A DNA stretch of 64,000 bases from an uncultured bacterium (GTDB taxonomy: Bacteria; Verrucomicrobiota; Verrucomicrobiia; Limisphaerales; UBA8199). The stretch spans positions 224,001-288,000 of the forward strand of contig CAVVMW010000008.1 of NCBI GenBank assembly GCA_963749495.1. Reading direction: 5' to 3'. The notes beneath the pieces were generated by a model. The model was not told the origin of the DNA. It saw only the letters and a program-made list of their open reading frames with translations, and ran no database searches. A program made the position numbers and the translations under genes. Numbering within the stretch: position 1 is the first letter of the stretch; each line of letters begins with the position of its first letter. Positions 51,725 to 61,160 of this stretch are shown in pieces.

Positions 51725-53095
51725 TTAGGCCGCCTCCGGCGTTGGATGACGCCAGGGGGCTCGGTAGGGGCGCGCCAATAACTGATTGGCTTCATCGTCA
51801 CCCATTACCCGGCCTTTGGCTTCGTCCCACGTCAGGGTCCGCTTCAACTGCAGCGAGAGGTTCGCGAGCACGCACATGCTCGTGGAGGTGCTCCCCTCGG
51901 CGATATCCGCCCGGGGACGGCCTCGGGTGGCGGTGCATTGCAGAAGGTCCTTCATATGTTCGCGGATGGCCGGGGCGACATGATACTCGATGCCTTTCTC
52001 CGTTTTGTCTTCCGGATACTTTTCGCTATCGACCGGGTACTTGGCTTTGGGGTCATTCCACTCGCGATGAATGGGGCCTCCCCCGTCCAATGGGATATAG
52101 TCAAACATGAACACGCTCGCTTTGAGCGTCGCCTTTTCTCCATAGAAATTGGCTCCCCACCGGTATTTGGGGTCCGGGTTCGCCCCGAAATGGCGATGCT
52201 GCCAGGTGATTTGGAGGTCGCCGTAATCGAAAGTGGCGTTCTGCATGTCGGGAATATTCGGTTTGCCCTCTTTGTGGAAATAGTTGCCGCCGGTGGAGGA
52301 GATGCGCTTGGGCCAGCCCAGGCCCATCATCCAGCGCACCATGTCAACCATGTGAATGCCCATATCCCCGATCGTGCCATTGCCATATTCCATGTAATTG
52401 CGCCAACTGCCGGGATGGATGCCGGGGTTGAAGGGGCGCATCGGCGCCGGGCCGGTCCACATCTCGTAATCCAGGGTCTCCGGTGGCGGTTGGTCGGGCG
52501 GGTTGCTGATGCCGCGCCGGCCGTAGCAATAGGTCTCAACGAGCCCAATCCGGCCCAGGCGGCCTTCCTGGATCAGCTCGCGCGCCTCGAACAAGTGCGG
52601 CGTGCTGCGGCGTTGGGTGCCCACCTGGACCACGCGACCGTGTTTGCGCGCCGCGGCCAGCATGGCCTGGCATTCGACCACATCCACGCCAATCGGTTTC
52701 TGCACATAGATGTCAGCGCCCGCCTGCGCCGCCGCGACCATCGGCAACGCATGCCAGTGATCGGGAGTCGCGATCAGCACCACGTCCAGGTCCTTCTCTT
52801 TGAGCATTTCACGGTAATCGCCGTAGGTGCGCGGCTTCTTCTTCGACAACTGGCGTCCGGCCACAATGTCAGCGGCCTCGGCCAACATCCGTTTGTCCAC
52901 GTCGCATAGCGAGACCACCTCGACGGGGGCAACCTGGATCAGGCGCAACAAATCCACTTTGCCATACCAGCCGCTGCCGATCAGCCCGAGCCTTTTTTTC
53001 TGGTCGGCCAGTTCAGCGGAAAACGCTGGGAGTTTTGTCAGGGCGATCGCGGCACATCCGAGGCCGCTCGTTTGGAGGAATTTTCGGCGGTTCAT
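51725..53095 (-). CDS. Tat-exported Gfo/Idh/MocA oxidoreductase
   Basis: MNRRKFL, IGSGWYG, IATPDHWH, YVQKP, QVGTQRRS, DMGIHMVD. Confidence 0.93.
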   Translation of the reverse strand: MNRRKFLQTSGLGCAAIALTKLPAFSAELADQKKRLGLIGSGWYGKVDLLRLIQVAPVEVVSLCDVDKRMLAEAADIVAGRQLSKKKPRTYGDYREMLKEKDLDVVLIATPDHWHALPMVAAAQAGADIYVQKPIGVDVVECQAMLAAARKHGRVVQVGTQRRSTPHLFEARELIQEGRLGRIGLVETYCYGRRGISNPPDQPPPETLDYEMWTGPAPMRPFNPGIHPGSWRNYMEYGNGTIGDMGIHMVDMVRWMMGLGWPKRISSTGGNYFHKEGKPNIPDMQNATFDYGDLQITWQHRHFGANPDPKYRWGANFYGEKATLKASVFMFDYIPLDGGGPIHREWNDPKAKYPVDSEKYPEDKTEKGIEYHVAPAIREHMKDLLQCTATRGRPRADIAEGSTSTSMCVLANLSLQLKRTLTWDEAKGRVMGDDEANQLLARPYRAPWRHPTPEAA

Positions 53096-53324
53096 ATTTG
53101 GTTCTGGTTAAGAGCAAATCCTCAGATCCTGACTGACACCCCAGGCCGGCGCCGCGGCCAGCAGCCCGGTTTGGGCGAGATGCCCCAAAAAAGTGCGCCG
53201 TTTCACAGGAGTTGAGCATGCGCCCGGAAGGCAAGCAGAGCCAAGCACAAACTCCGGTCCGCGTTCAGCGGATGCGGCTTAGCTTGATCACAGCGCTTCG
53301 ATAAACTCTCGGATTGGCGACTCT

Positions 53325-53436
53325 ATCACGCTTTTCCGAACATCGCCTTCCAATTGTCCAGGCACCGCTTGGCCGTTTCAAATTCCGAACACCGGCTGCC
53401 TTCCTGCTCAATCAGATAATACTCGATGCCACCCGC
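53325..53436 (-). pseudogene. Orphan 3' fragment of a sugar phosphate isomerase/epimerase gene
   Basis: Own translation GGIEYYLIEQEGSRCSEFETAKRCLDNWKAMFGKA*; no upstream coding part. Confidence 0.55.
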
Positions 53437-53794
53437 CTATGGAGGTTGTTGCTCGGCAACGCCCGAGGAACAGCCTGTTTCCACCAGGCTCTGCGAGGCT
53501 CTCATGGGCGAGGTCCGGCACCGTGAGCACGGCTGCTGCCGGAAGCGGGCTCCGGCGGGCGCACGGCCGAAGAACTGCGCGTGTGGGAAGGGGCCGGAGG
53601 GCACGCGCAACGCGCCATCCTCCGCATGAGCGCCCGTAGTCGGCGGCCGCCAAAAAAGGGTTGAATCCTCATGGGCGACAACGCCAAACTACCAGCCCTG
53701 ATGAGCCGCCTGTGCCATACATCGATCATTCTATGAGACGTTTAATAATTCTTGTTCGGACCAGTTCCTCGAGGTCCGCAAGAATGCGCCCAAC

Positions 53795-56700
53795 ATGAAA
53801 CGCTGGATCCTCTTCTTCATGTTTCTTGCCGCCGCGGCCACCGCCGCGAACCCTCCCATCCGGAGCTATGAAGGCACTCTGACCATCCCGACCTACGAGC
53901 CCGGCGCGCGGGAACTGGAGCCCGCCCTCTTCTCGAACTCGACCGTCGCCGGAATGTACCCCTTCCCGAGCTATCTCCTGCCGTGGCGCGAAGGCTCGCC
54001 CGCGCCGAAGAGCTACCGCGCCGTCTTCCTCGAGAACGAGTTCCTCAAGTTGACCTACCTGCCCGATCTGGGGGGCCGCATCTTTTCCCTGTTCGACAAG
54101 CTCCGCAACCGCGAAGTCTTTTACCGCAACGACGTCATCAAGCCGGCTCCCTACAACCCCCGGATGAGCTGGCCGCAGTCCGGGCTCGAGTTGACCGGGC
54201 CGCACAACGTCCACATGCTCACCCTCCACGGTGAGCCGTTTTGGTCCCACCGCATCGTTCCTCGCGAGGGCGGAGCCGTCTCACTGGTGCTCGGCGAGAC
54301 CGACCCCATCTACCACATGGAGGTGACGCTGTCCGCAACGCTCCATCCCGGGGTCGCCGCGCTGGAGATCAGCGTCTTCTGCTACAACCCGCGCGACGCG
54401 CGCATGCCCCAGATGTTCTGGATCAACTCCGCCGTCCCCGCCACTCCAAAGACGCGGTTCCTCTACCAGATGTCTCGCACCGTTGGCCATACGACGGCCG
54501 ACATCGCCGATTGGCCCGTGCACAACGGCATCAACTACAGTTGGGACCGCAACAACCAGCACATGCTGGGCCTGTTCGGCATCGATGCTTACGACGATTT
54601 CAATGGCGCCTACCAATTCGACAACGACTATGGCGTGTTCCGTTACGCGGACCGCCGCATCGTGCAGGGCATGAAGCTGTGGACCTTCGGTTACGGTGCC
54701 GGGGCGAAGGACCACGAGCGAAGTTACACGGATAAGGCGGGCCCCTACGTCGAGTTGCAGAGCGGGCGTCACGTGTGGGACGGGCATTACGAATGGGTGG
54801 CGCCGCACAAAACGGAGGGTTGGAGCGAGTGGTGGGTGCCGGTGGCCGGGACCCACGGCGCTGCCAGCCTGACCCGGGACGCCGCATTGAACCTGGAAGT
54901 GGACAAAGGGACCGTCAAGATTGCGCTGGCCTCCGCCCGGCGAATCCCGCACGCGAAGCTGCTGGTGAGCGCCCGCGCCGGTGAGATCGGACGGGCTGAC
55001 GTTGACCTGGATCCCGCCAAACCATTCCGCCAGGACTTTTCGACTGGGAACAGCGAGATGACGGAGTTGCGCGTGCGGGTGACCGATCCCAGCGGCCGCG
55101 CCGTCCTCGATTACCGCCGCCCTGACTCGGACCCCAGGGAATACACGCCCTTCACCAAGCCGCTGGAATCGCCGCGGAAGCCTCCCGAGCAGATGAGTGT
55201 CGAGGAACTTGTCCTGGCCGCGGAGTCTCGGCTCAAGGAACTCGATTCCGCCGGCGCAACCGCGCTGCTGGACAAGGCGCTCGAGCGCGACGCGGGCTGT
55301 TCGCGGGCGCACCTGCTGCTGGGCATCGAGGCTTTCACGGCCGGCAACCACGAAACCGCCGTCCGCAGCCTCGAAAAGGCAATCGTCCGCGATCCGTACG
55401 CGGACGAGGCCTACTATTACCTTGCCATGTCGCAGTTCGCTCTCGGCCGCGACAAAGAAGGGGAAAGGAACCTCTACTACATCTGGCCACACAGCTCCTA
55501 CTACGGCGAACGCGAGTTTCACCTCGGTCGGCTCGAGTTGCGCGCCGGCGACCGCGCTGCGGCGATCGAGCGCTTTCGCAGCGCGGTGGACTCTAACGCT
55601 CACGACCTGCTCTCCCGTCTGGCCCTTGCGCTGCTCTACAGAGAACTCGGCCGCGCGGCGGAGGCCCGCGAACAGCTCGCCGCAGTCGAAAAGATCGATC
55701 CCAACCACCGCATCATCTTCGCCGAGAGATATCTCGCGTCGGCCGACGATCCAACGGAACGGGAACTCCTCCGCATGCTGGGAGGACAAAGCCACGAGGC
55801 GATCTCCGTCTCGAATTTCTACCGCCAGTTCGGGCGCTGGAAGGAGGCCGTTCGCCTGCTGCGGTTGGTCGAATCCAACAACCAGGACCCCTGGGGCACG
55901 CCGCCGGAGTTCTACTACACCCTGGCCTATTGCCAGAAACGCGCCGGGGACGCCGCCGGAGCCGAAGAATCGTCGCGAAAGGCGCGGGCCGCCGCCGGCA
56001 ACATCGACCGCTTCCCCTATCGCGACGAAGCGGAACCCGTGCTCCGCGAAGCGGTCACCGCCCGTCCGCACGACGCGCTCGCCCGCTATCTGCTGGGATG
56101 CCTCCTCTACTACCGAAACCAGCGGCCGCAGGCCGTCGAGCAGTGGGAGGCGGCCGTCGTGGCGAATCCATCGGATTTCTCAACACGTCGGGCGCTGGGG
56201 CTGGCCTACGCCGAGCAAGGCTTCCCTATGGACAAAGCCGCCGCGCAATTGGAGCGCGCCGTCCAACTCCAGCCGGACAACGTCCGCGCGCTGAACGATC
56301 TCGGTTCCCTCTATGCGCGCGCCGGGCGTTTCGGCACACAGTTGAACCTGCTGAAAAAGGCGCTCGCCCGGTCGCCGGCCGACGACGACCTGGCCGAAGG
56401 CGTCCTGGCCGCACATTTGAGCGAAGGCAACTACGCGGACGCTGAGAAACTGCTGGCGGAACATCGGTTCGCCCCGCGCCATCGCAGCTACGGCCTGCGC
56501 GACAAGTACCGGGTGATGCGGTACGGACAGGCCGCTCGCGCTTACTGGAGCGGCGACTACTCTGCGGCGTTGCGCTGCATCCGGGAGGCCGCCGCGCCGC
56601 CCACCTCCTTGGGCGTGGACGATTTCCAGGGCCAGGTATCGCCCCGCCTCGACTACTATGCCGGCCTGGCCTTGGAGAAACTCGGCCAGGGCGCCGAAGC

Positions 56701-57051
56701 CCGGCAAGGCTTCGAGCGCGCCGTCTTGGGGCTCGCCCGAACTGTCAGGCGATCGCGATAGCTGGAACAGCGAGAATTTCTTCATCGTGCCCGCGCTCGA
56801 GCATCTGGGCCGGTCAGCCGAAGCGGCCCGCCTCAGGCATCGGTTCGAAGACTTCGCCCTCTCCGAGCGCGACTCGAAAAACGTCCACTATCGGGCGGAA
56901 GCGCGTTACCTCCTTGCGTTGGTGCGGAAGAGCAGCGGGCGCACCGATGAAGCCAAAGCGCTCATTGCCGAAGCTTCTCGCCGAGCGGCCCGATCTGCTT
57001 CCGGCACGGCTCGAACTGCGCGGGGACGTCATCGACGCCTTGCCCAAATGA
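53795..57051 (+). CDS. DUF5107-domain + TPR protein (frameshifts near 56738 and 56976)
   Basis: LENEFLKL..PDLGGRI..FYRN.VIKP, GMKLWTFG, YVELQSG and many TPRs. Confidence 0.85.
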
Positions 57052-57118
57052 CCTCTAGGGTTCAATGTCGAAGGGGCGTCTTGACTTTCCCCAGCCTTTC
57101 CTCTAAACGGGTCCAATT

Positions 57119-59671
57119 ATGCTGAAAGCGCTTAGAGTGATTGCCTGCGTGACGGTTTTTTTTGTTCTTGCTCCTGCTCCCCAGTCGAAGGCGGCATTCG
57201 AGCCATGGGCGTCCAACACCGACCCAACCGACGTTCCTAAAAGCCACGTCCAGGACATCACCACCTCCCCTTTCACGTACAACATCACGCTGGGCGGCAC
57301 GATCAACGGCAAGATGTGCACCACCCTTCCCGGCGTATGGGAGCCGTTCGAGCAGACCTGGGAGTCAAGCCGTTCGATACGCATGGAGAACGTCGGCGCG
57401 GCAAAGGTGATAAACCCGTGGCTGAAAATAGGCCCCATCAACTTCTTCTCGCAGGAGACTATGGCGAACTCGGTTGTGGAGGGGCTTTCGACGGACAGGG
57501 AAAAGGCGCTCGCGATATTCTACTTCTACATCACCCATCGCTACCACAAAGGCAATGGTGACAACGGAGCGCAGGGCGACGTTTCGCAAGCGATAAATGC
57601 ATTTGGTTTCAATACCTGTGGGAACAGCACGCTGTGCGTATCGGACCTGCTTGGCAAAGCCGGAATGAGTGATTTCATATTCAGCCATTGCCCCGGCCAT
57701 TGCGTCCCGCAGGCCTTTTTCGACGGCAAGTACAACACGCTTGACGGGGACATGGCCACGATGATGCTCCTGCGGGACAACCACACCCTGGCAAACGAGC
57801 GGGATCTGATACGGGACCACGACCTGATCAAACGCGTGCATCAGTATGGAATCATGAGTCCCATGAATCCTGTTAAGAATAATGAGGACTACTCGCAATA
57901 TTACACCTGGGAGGGAGAGACGACGCAAAAGCTCAAGGGCTGGAATTGGTGGACCATGGGGATGGTCCTGCGTCCGCGCGAAGCCATTGAGTGGAGGTGG
58001 GGGCATGAGACCCCGGTGAAATATCACGGCGATATGTCTGGAAATCCCCCGATCGTTCCGGACACGATCTACAACGGTGTCTGGGAATACGTTCCGGATT
58101 TCAAGAACGATCCGCAGTGGCGGGCAGGCGCGACCGTCACAAACATCACCAACAAAGACGGTGTCCTTGCGGCGACGGACGGAGGCACGGGCATCATCGT
58201 TTGGCAGATGAAAGTGGCTTATCAATTCGTCGGGGGCGCCCTTGCTCCCGCCGGCCACGGCTACGCGTTCGAGATAGGCTGGCCAAATCCGAAAGATGGG
58301 AGGCCCGTCTATGCGCCGCTGGCGGCGTTGGCCGAGTTTGACGGCAAGTTCCAAGGGCGCACCGCCATGGCGAACGAGTACTGGATTAAGTGCACATTGG
58401 CAGGCGAAGCTTCGCTAAGCGAATTGAGAATCACTAACGACATCCAGATGGCCCCGTTAGCCATGCCCTCCATGACCGTGGGGAACAACCGTTTCACCTA
58501 CCTGGAACACACGGACGAGAGAAACGGGGCAAACGCTGCCAGGCATCTGAAGATCACGCACACCTGGGTCGAAAGGTCGAAGACTCGCCCCCCCAAAGCG
58601 CCTGAATCCCCCGTCTATCCGGCCAACGGCGGCAAGAGCGACGGCACGGATGTGGCCTTCCAGTGGAACGCCGCCACGGACCCCGATGGCGACCCCATCA
58701 CGGATTATCATTTCCAGCTTTCGGACCGTCCCGACATGAGATGGCCGATGTCTCCCAATTTCGACAAATATGTTTCAAGGACGACCGACAAAGGCCAGAC
58801 CCGCTACACCCTTCCCCGTCCCGGCCTTTTGACGCACGGCGTGACCTATTACTGGCACGTGAAGGCGAAAGACTCGAACGGCGCTTGGGGGCCGTGGAGC
58901 GACACCTGGAGTTTCACGGCCCAGGGGCCGGCATATCCCATCGACTTGGCGATCAAATACGACGCCGGCGCCGGCATCGGCACATTGACTTGGAGCGCCA
59001 ATCCGGTCGGGAGGGCGCCTGCCAAGTACAGAATCTACGGCAGCGATGAGAAGGGCTTCACCGTCCATGACGCTCCCTACGAGATCAAGTTGGGCGACAC
59101 GAAAGAGTTCGCCAACCCTTTCCCGGCCAATTTCGTGGCTGAGGTCGCAGGCACTGCACTGGATGTTTTGGGCGTGGGCAACGCCCTTCCGAACGCCAAC
59201 AAGGCCTATTACCGCGTCGTCGCGGTGGACGCCAAGGGCAAGAGAAGCGGAGATTCGGATTATGTCGAAGCCCCCAGGCCCTTCATCTACAGCACCCCGG
59301 TTGCCAGCGCGCCCGCGGGCCAGCCTTATCGTTACCAGGTGCAGGCCATCCGTTCCATAGGTGATCTCACGAGAAGGGACGGCGCCAGGCCCAAGCCTGG
59401 GACCAAATTCTGGAAGATCGAGCCGCTGAAGTTCTCGCTCACACAAAAACCGAGCTGGATGAGCATCAACCCCGACACCGGGCTGATAACCGGCACGCCG
59501 GACGGGACGGGCGGGACGGTGACCGTTAGCGTGACGCTCACGAAAGAGCACCGCTTGGTGCATGACGAAAATGCCATCGTGTGGGGAAACGAATATGAAA
59601 AGAGCAAAACGTATGAGACTGTGGGGCCGGCAACACAGCAGTTTGTCGTGAACGGCACGAGGGATAAATAA
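57119..59671 (+). CDS. Secreted transglutaminase-like protein with FN3-like and putative Ig domains
   Basis: Signal peptide; GFNTCG / GHCVPQAFFDGKYNTLD (C-H-D); DPDGD.ITDY, YYWHVKAKD..WGPWS; PSWMSINPDTGLITGTP. Confidence 0.7.
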   Translation: MLKALRVIACVTVFFVLAPAPQSKAAFEPWASNTDPTDVPKSHVQDITTSPFTYNITLGGTINGKMCTTLPGVWEPFEQTWESSRSIRMENVGAAKVINPWLKIGPINFFSQETMANSVVEGLSTDREKALAIFYFYITHRYHKGNGDNGAQGDVSQAINAFGFNTCGNSTLCVSDLLGKAGMSDFIFSHCPGHCVPQAFFDGKYNTLDGDMATMMLLRDNHTLANERDLIRDHDLIKRVHQYGIMSPMNPVKNNEDYSQYYTWEGETTQKLKGWNWWTMGMVLRPREAIEWRWGHETPVKYHGDMSGNPPIVPDTIYNGVWEYVPDFKNDPQWRAGATVTNITNKDGVLAATDGGTGIIVWQMKVAYQFVGGALAPAGHGYAFEIGWPNPKDGRPVYAPLAALAEFDGKFQGRTAMANEYWIKCTLAGEASLSELRITNDIQMAPLAMPSMTVGNNRFTYLEHTDERNGANAARHLKITHTWVERSKTRPPKAPESPVYPANGGKSDGTDVAFQWNAATDPDGDPITDYHFQLSDRPDMRWPMSPNFDKYVSRTTDKGQTRYTLPRPGLLTHGVTYYWHVKAKDSNGAWGPWSDTWSFTAQGPAYPIDLAIKYDAGAGIGTLTWSANPVGRAPAKYRIYGSDEKGFTVHDAPYEIKLGDTKEFANPFPANFVAEVAGTALDVLGVGNALPNANKAYYRVVAVDAKGKRSGDSDYVEAPRPFIYSTPVASAPAGQPYRYQVQAIRSIGDLTRRDGARPKPGTKFWKIEPLKFSLTQKPSWMSINPDTGLITGTPDGTGGTVTVSVTLTKEHRLVHDENAIVWGNEYEKSKTYETVGPATQQFVVNGTRDK

Positions 59672-59824
59672 ACTGGTCAAAAGCACTATGCCGAGTCTCG
59701 CCGCTATCGAGATTAGTGCGGCTCGGCCTGATCATGAAAATCCCATTCGGCACGAGGCGTTTTCCTGCCGACAATGGCTCATTTCGTGGTTGATGCGGCC
59801 GAGACGGTGCTCTATACTTTAACT

Positions 59825-60046
59825 ATGTCAGACGAAGACATCGAAAATCTCGAAAGCAAGTTCCCCGCGATCTCGGGTTCGGCGTTCGCGGCAGCGCGTG
59901 AGCAAGCTCTCGCCTCTGGCCGGAGCGTCCTGGAATCGCAGCAGGGTGTCATTTACGAGGTCTTCCCGGATGGCACGCGCAGGCGCGTTAAGCAGATCGA
60001 AGCGCCTACACCAGTCGCGCCCGGTTCGAAAGTCATCCTGAAGTGA
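59825..60046 (+). CDS. Small hypothetical partner (putative antitoxin) of the zeta-like ATPase
   Basis: 73 aa; GTGA overlap with the next gene. Confidence 0.65.
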   Translation: MSDEDIENLESKFPAISGSAFAAAREQALASGRSVLESQQGVIYEVFPDGTRRRVKQIEAPTPVAPGSKVILK

Positions 60047-60798
60047 GCGCCGCCACACCCCGTTTGAGGATGTTCGCGGGGCCGAACGGCTCGGGAAAAA
60101 GCACGCTAAAGTCTGTCCTGCTGCAGGCGCTCCTCGGGGTGTATCTGAATCCGGATGAAATCGAACAGGAGATTCGCAGGCAGGGGTGTTTGGACTTCAA
60201 TTGGTACGGCGTTAAGGCACTGGCAGAGGTGGTGTTGCCCTTTTTCAGGGACTCGGACTTTCTGATTTCCGCCGGGCGTGGCGCCGCCGCGAGCCGGCTT
60301 GGTTTTGCTGACGGCCGGTTGTTGTTCGCGGGACTCGCGGTGGATTCCTATTTCGCGTCCGTGGCAGTGGATTTCCTGCGAGAGCAGCTTCTGGCGCAGA
60401 GAATGTCCCTAACTCTTGAAACCGTGATGTCACACCCGAGCAAGGTGGCCCTCCTCGAGAAAGCCCAGGCGCTGGGGTACCGGACGTACCTTTATTACAT
60501 CGCAACCGAAGATCCAACGATCAATGTTCACCGAGTTCGCTACCGCGTGGAGCAGCAGGGCGGCCACTCTGTTCCGGAAGAGAAAATCGTCAGCCGCTAC
60601 TATCGCTCGCTCGGTTTGTTGATGGAAGCGATCCGGCGCACCAACCGCGTCTATCTGTTCGACAATTCCGGCGAAAACGAGCACCGCACTTGGATTGCGG
60701 AGGTAACTGACGGCAGAGTCTTGGAGTTAAAAACGGACCGAGTACCCGCATGGTTCAAACGGGCGGTACTGGATAAGATTACCGCGCAGACGCGATGA
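60043..60798 (+). CDS. Zeta-toxin family / AAA P-loop ATPase
   Basis: FAGPNGSGKST, LNPDEI, ETVMSH, RVRYRV..GGHSVPEEKIVSRY, LFDNS. Confidence 0.88.
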   Translation: MSAATPRLRMFAGPNGSGKSTLKSVLLQALLGVYLNPDEIEQEIRRQGCLDFNWYGVKALAEVVLPFFRDSDFLISAGRGAAASRLGFADGRLLFAGLAVDSYFASVAVDFLREQLLAQRMSLTLETVMSHPSKVALLEKAQALGYRTYLYYIATEDPTINVHRVRYRVEQQGGHSVPEEKIVSRYYRSLGLLMEAIRRTNRVYLFDNSGENEHRTWIAEVTDGRVLELKTDRVPAWFKRAVLDKITAQTR

Positions 60799-61160
60799 GT
60801 GGCAAACTCGGCCGCCTCCGTTGTGCCTTGGCCACCCGGTCAGCCTGCCAACGAAGTTCCGGTTCCAACGGACTATGGGTCGCGCCGCTAAACGGCCGCC
60901 TCAGCGTTTCAGGGTTTCAGTATTTTCCACTGCAACGCCTCTTGACAAAAGCGCCGACTTCGCCCTTCCATTGCGCCATGGCTGCTGAGAACACATCAGA
61001 ACCGCCCAAACGCGGACCCGCACGCGCGACACCGCATGCTTATGCGCCTGCTTCAGGGCAGATGCTGCTAAAGCCACCAATTCTGCCGCTCCCCTGCTGG
61101 ACGATCTTGGATTTCCTCGGAAAACGAACGGAAGAGGCGAAAGGGCTAGGCATCTCGACA

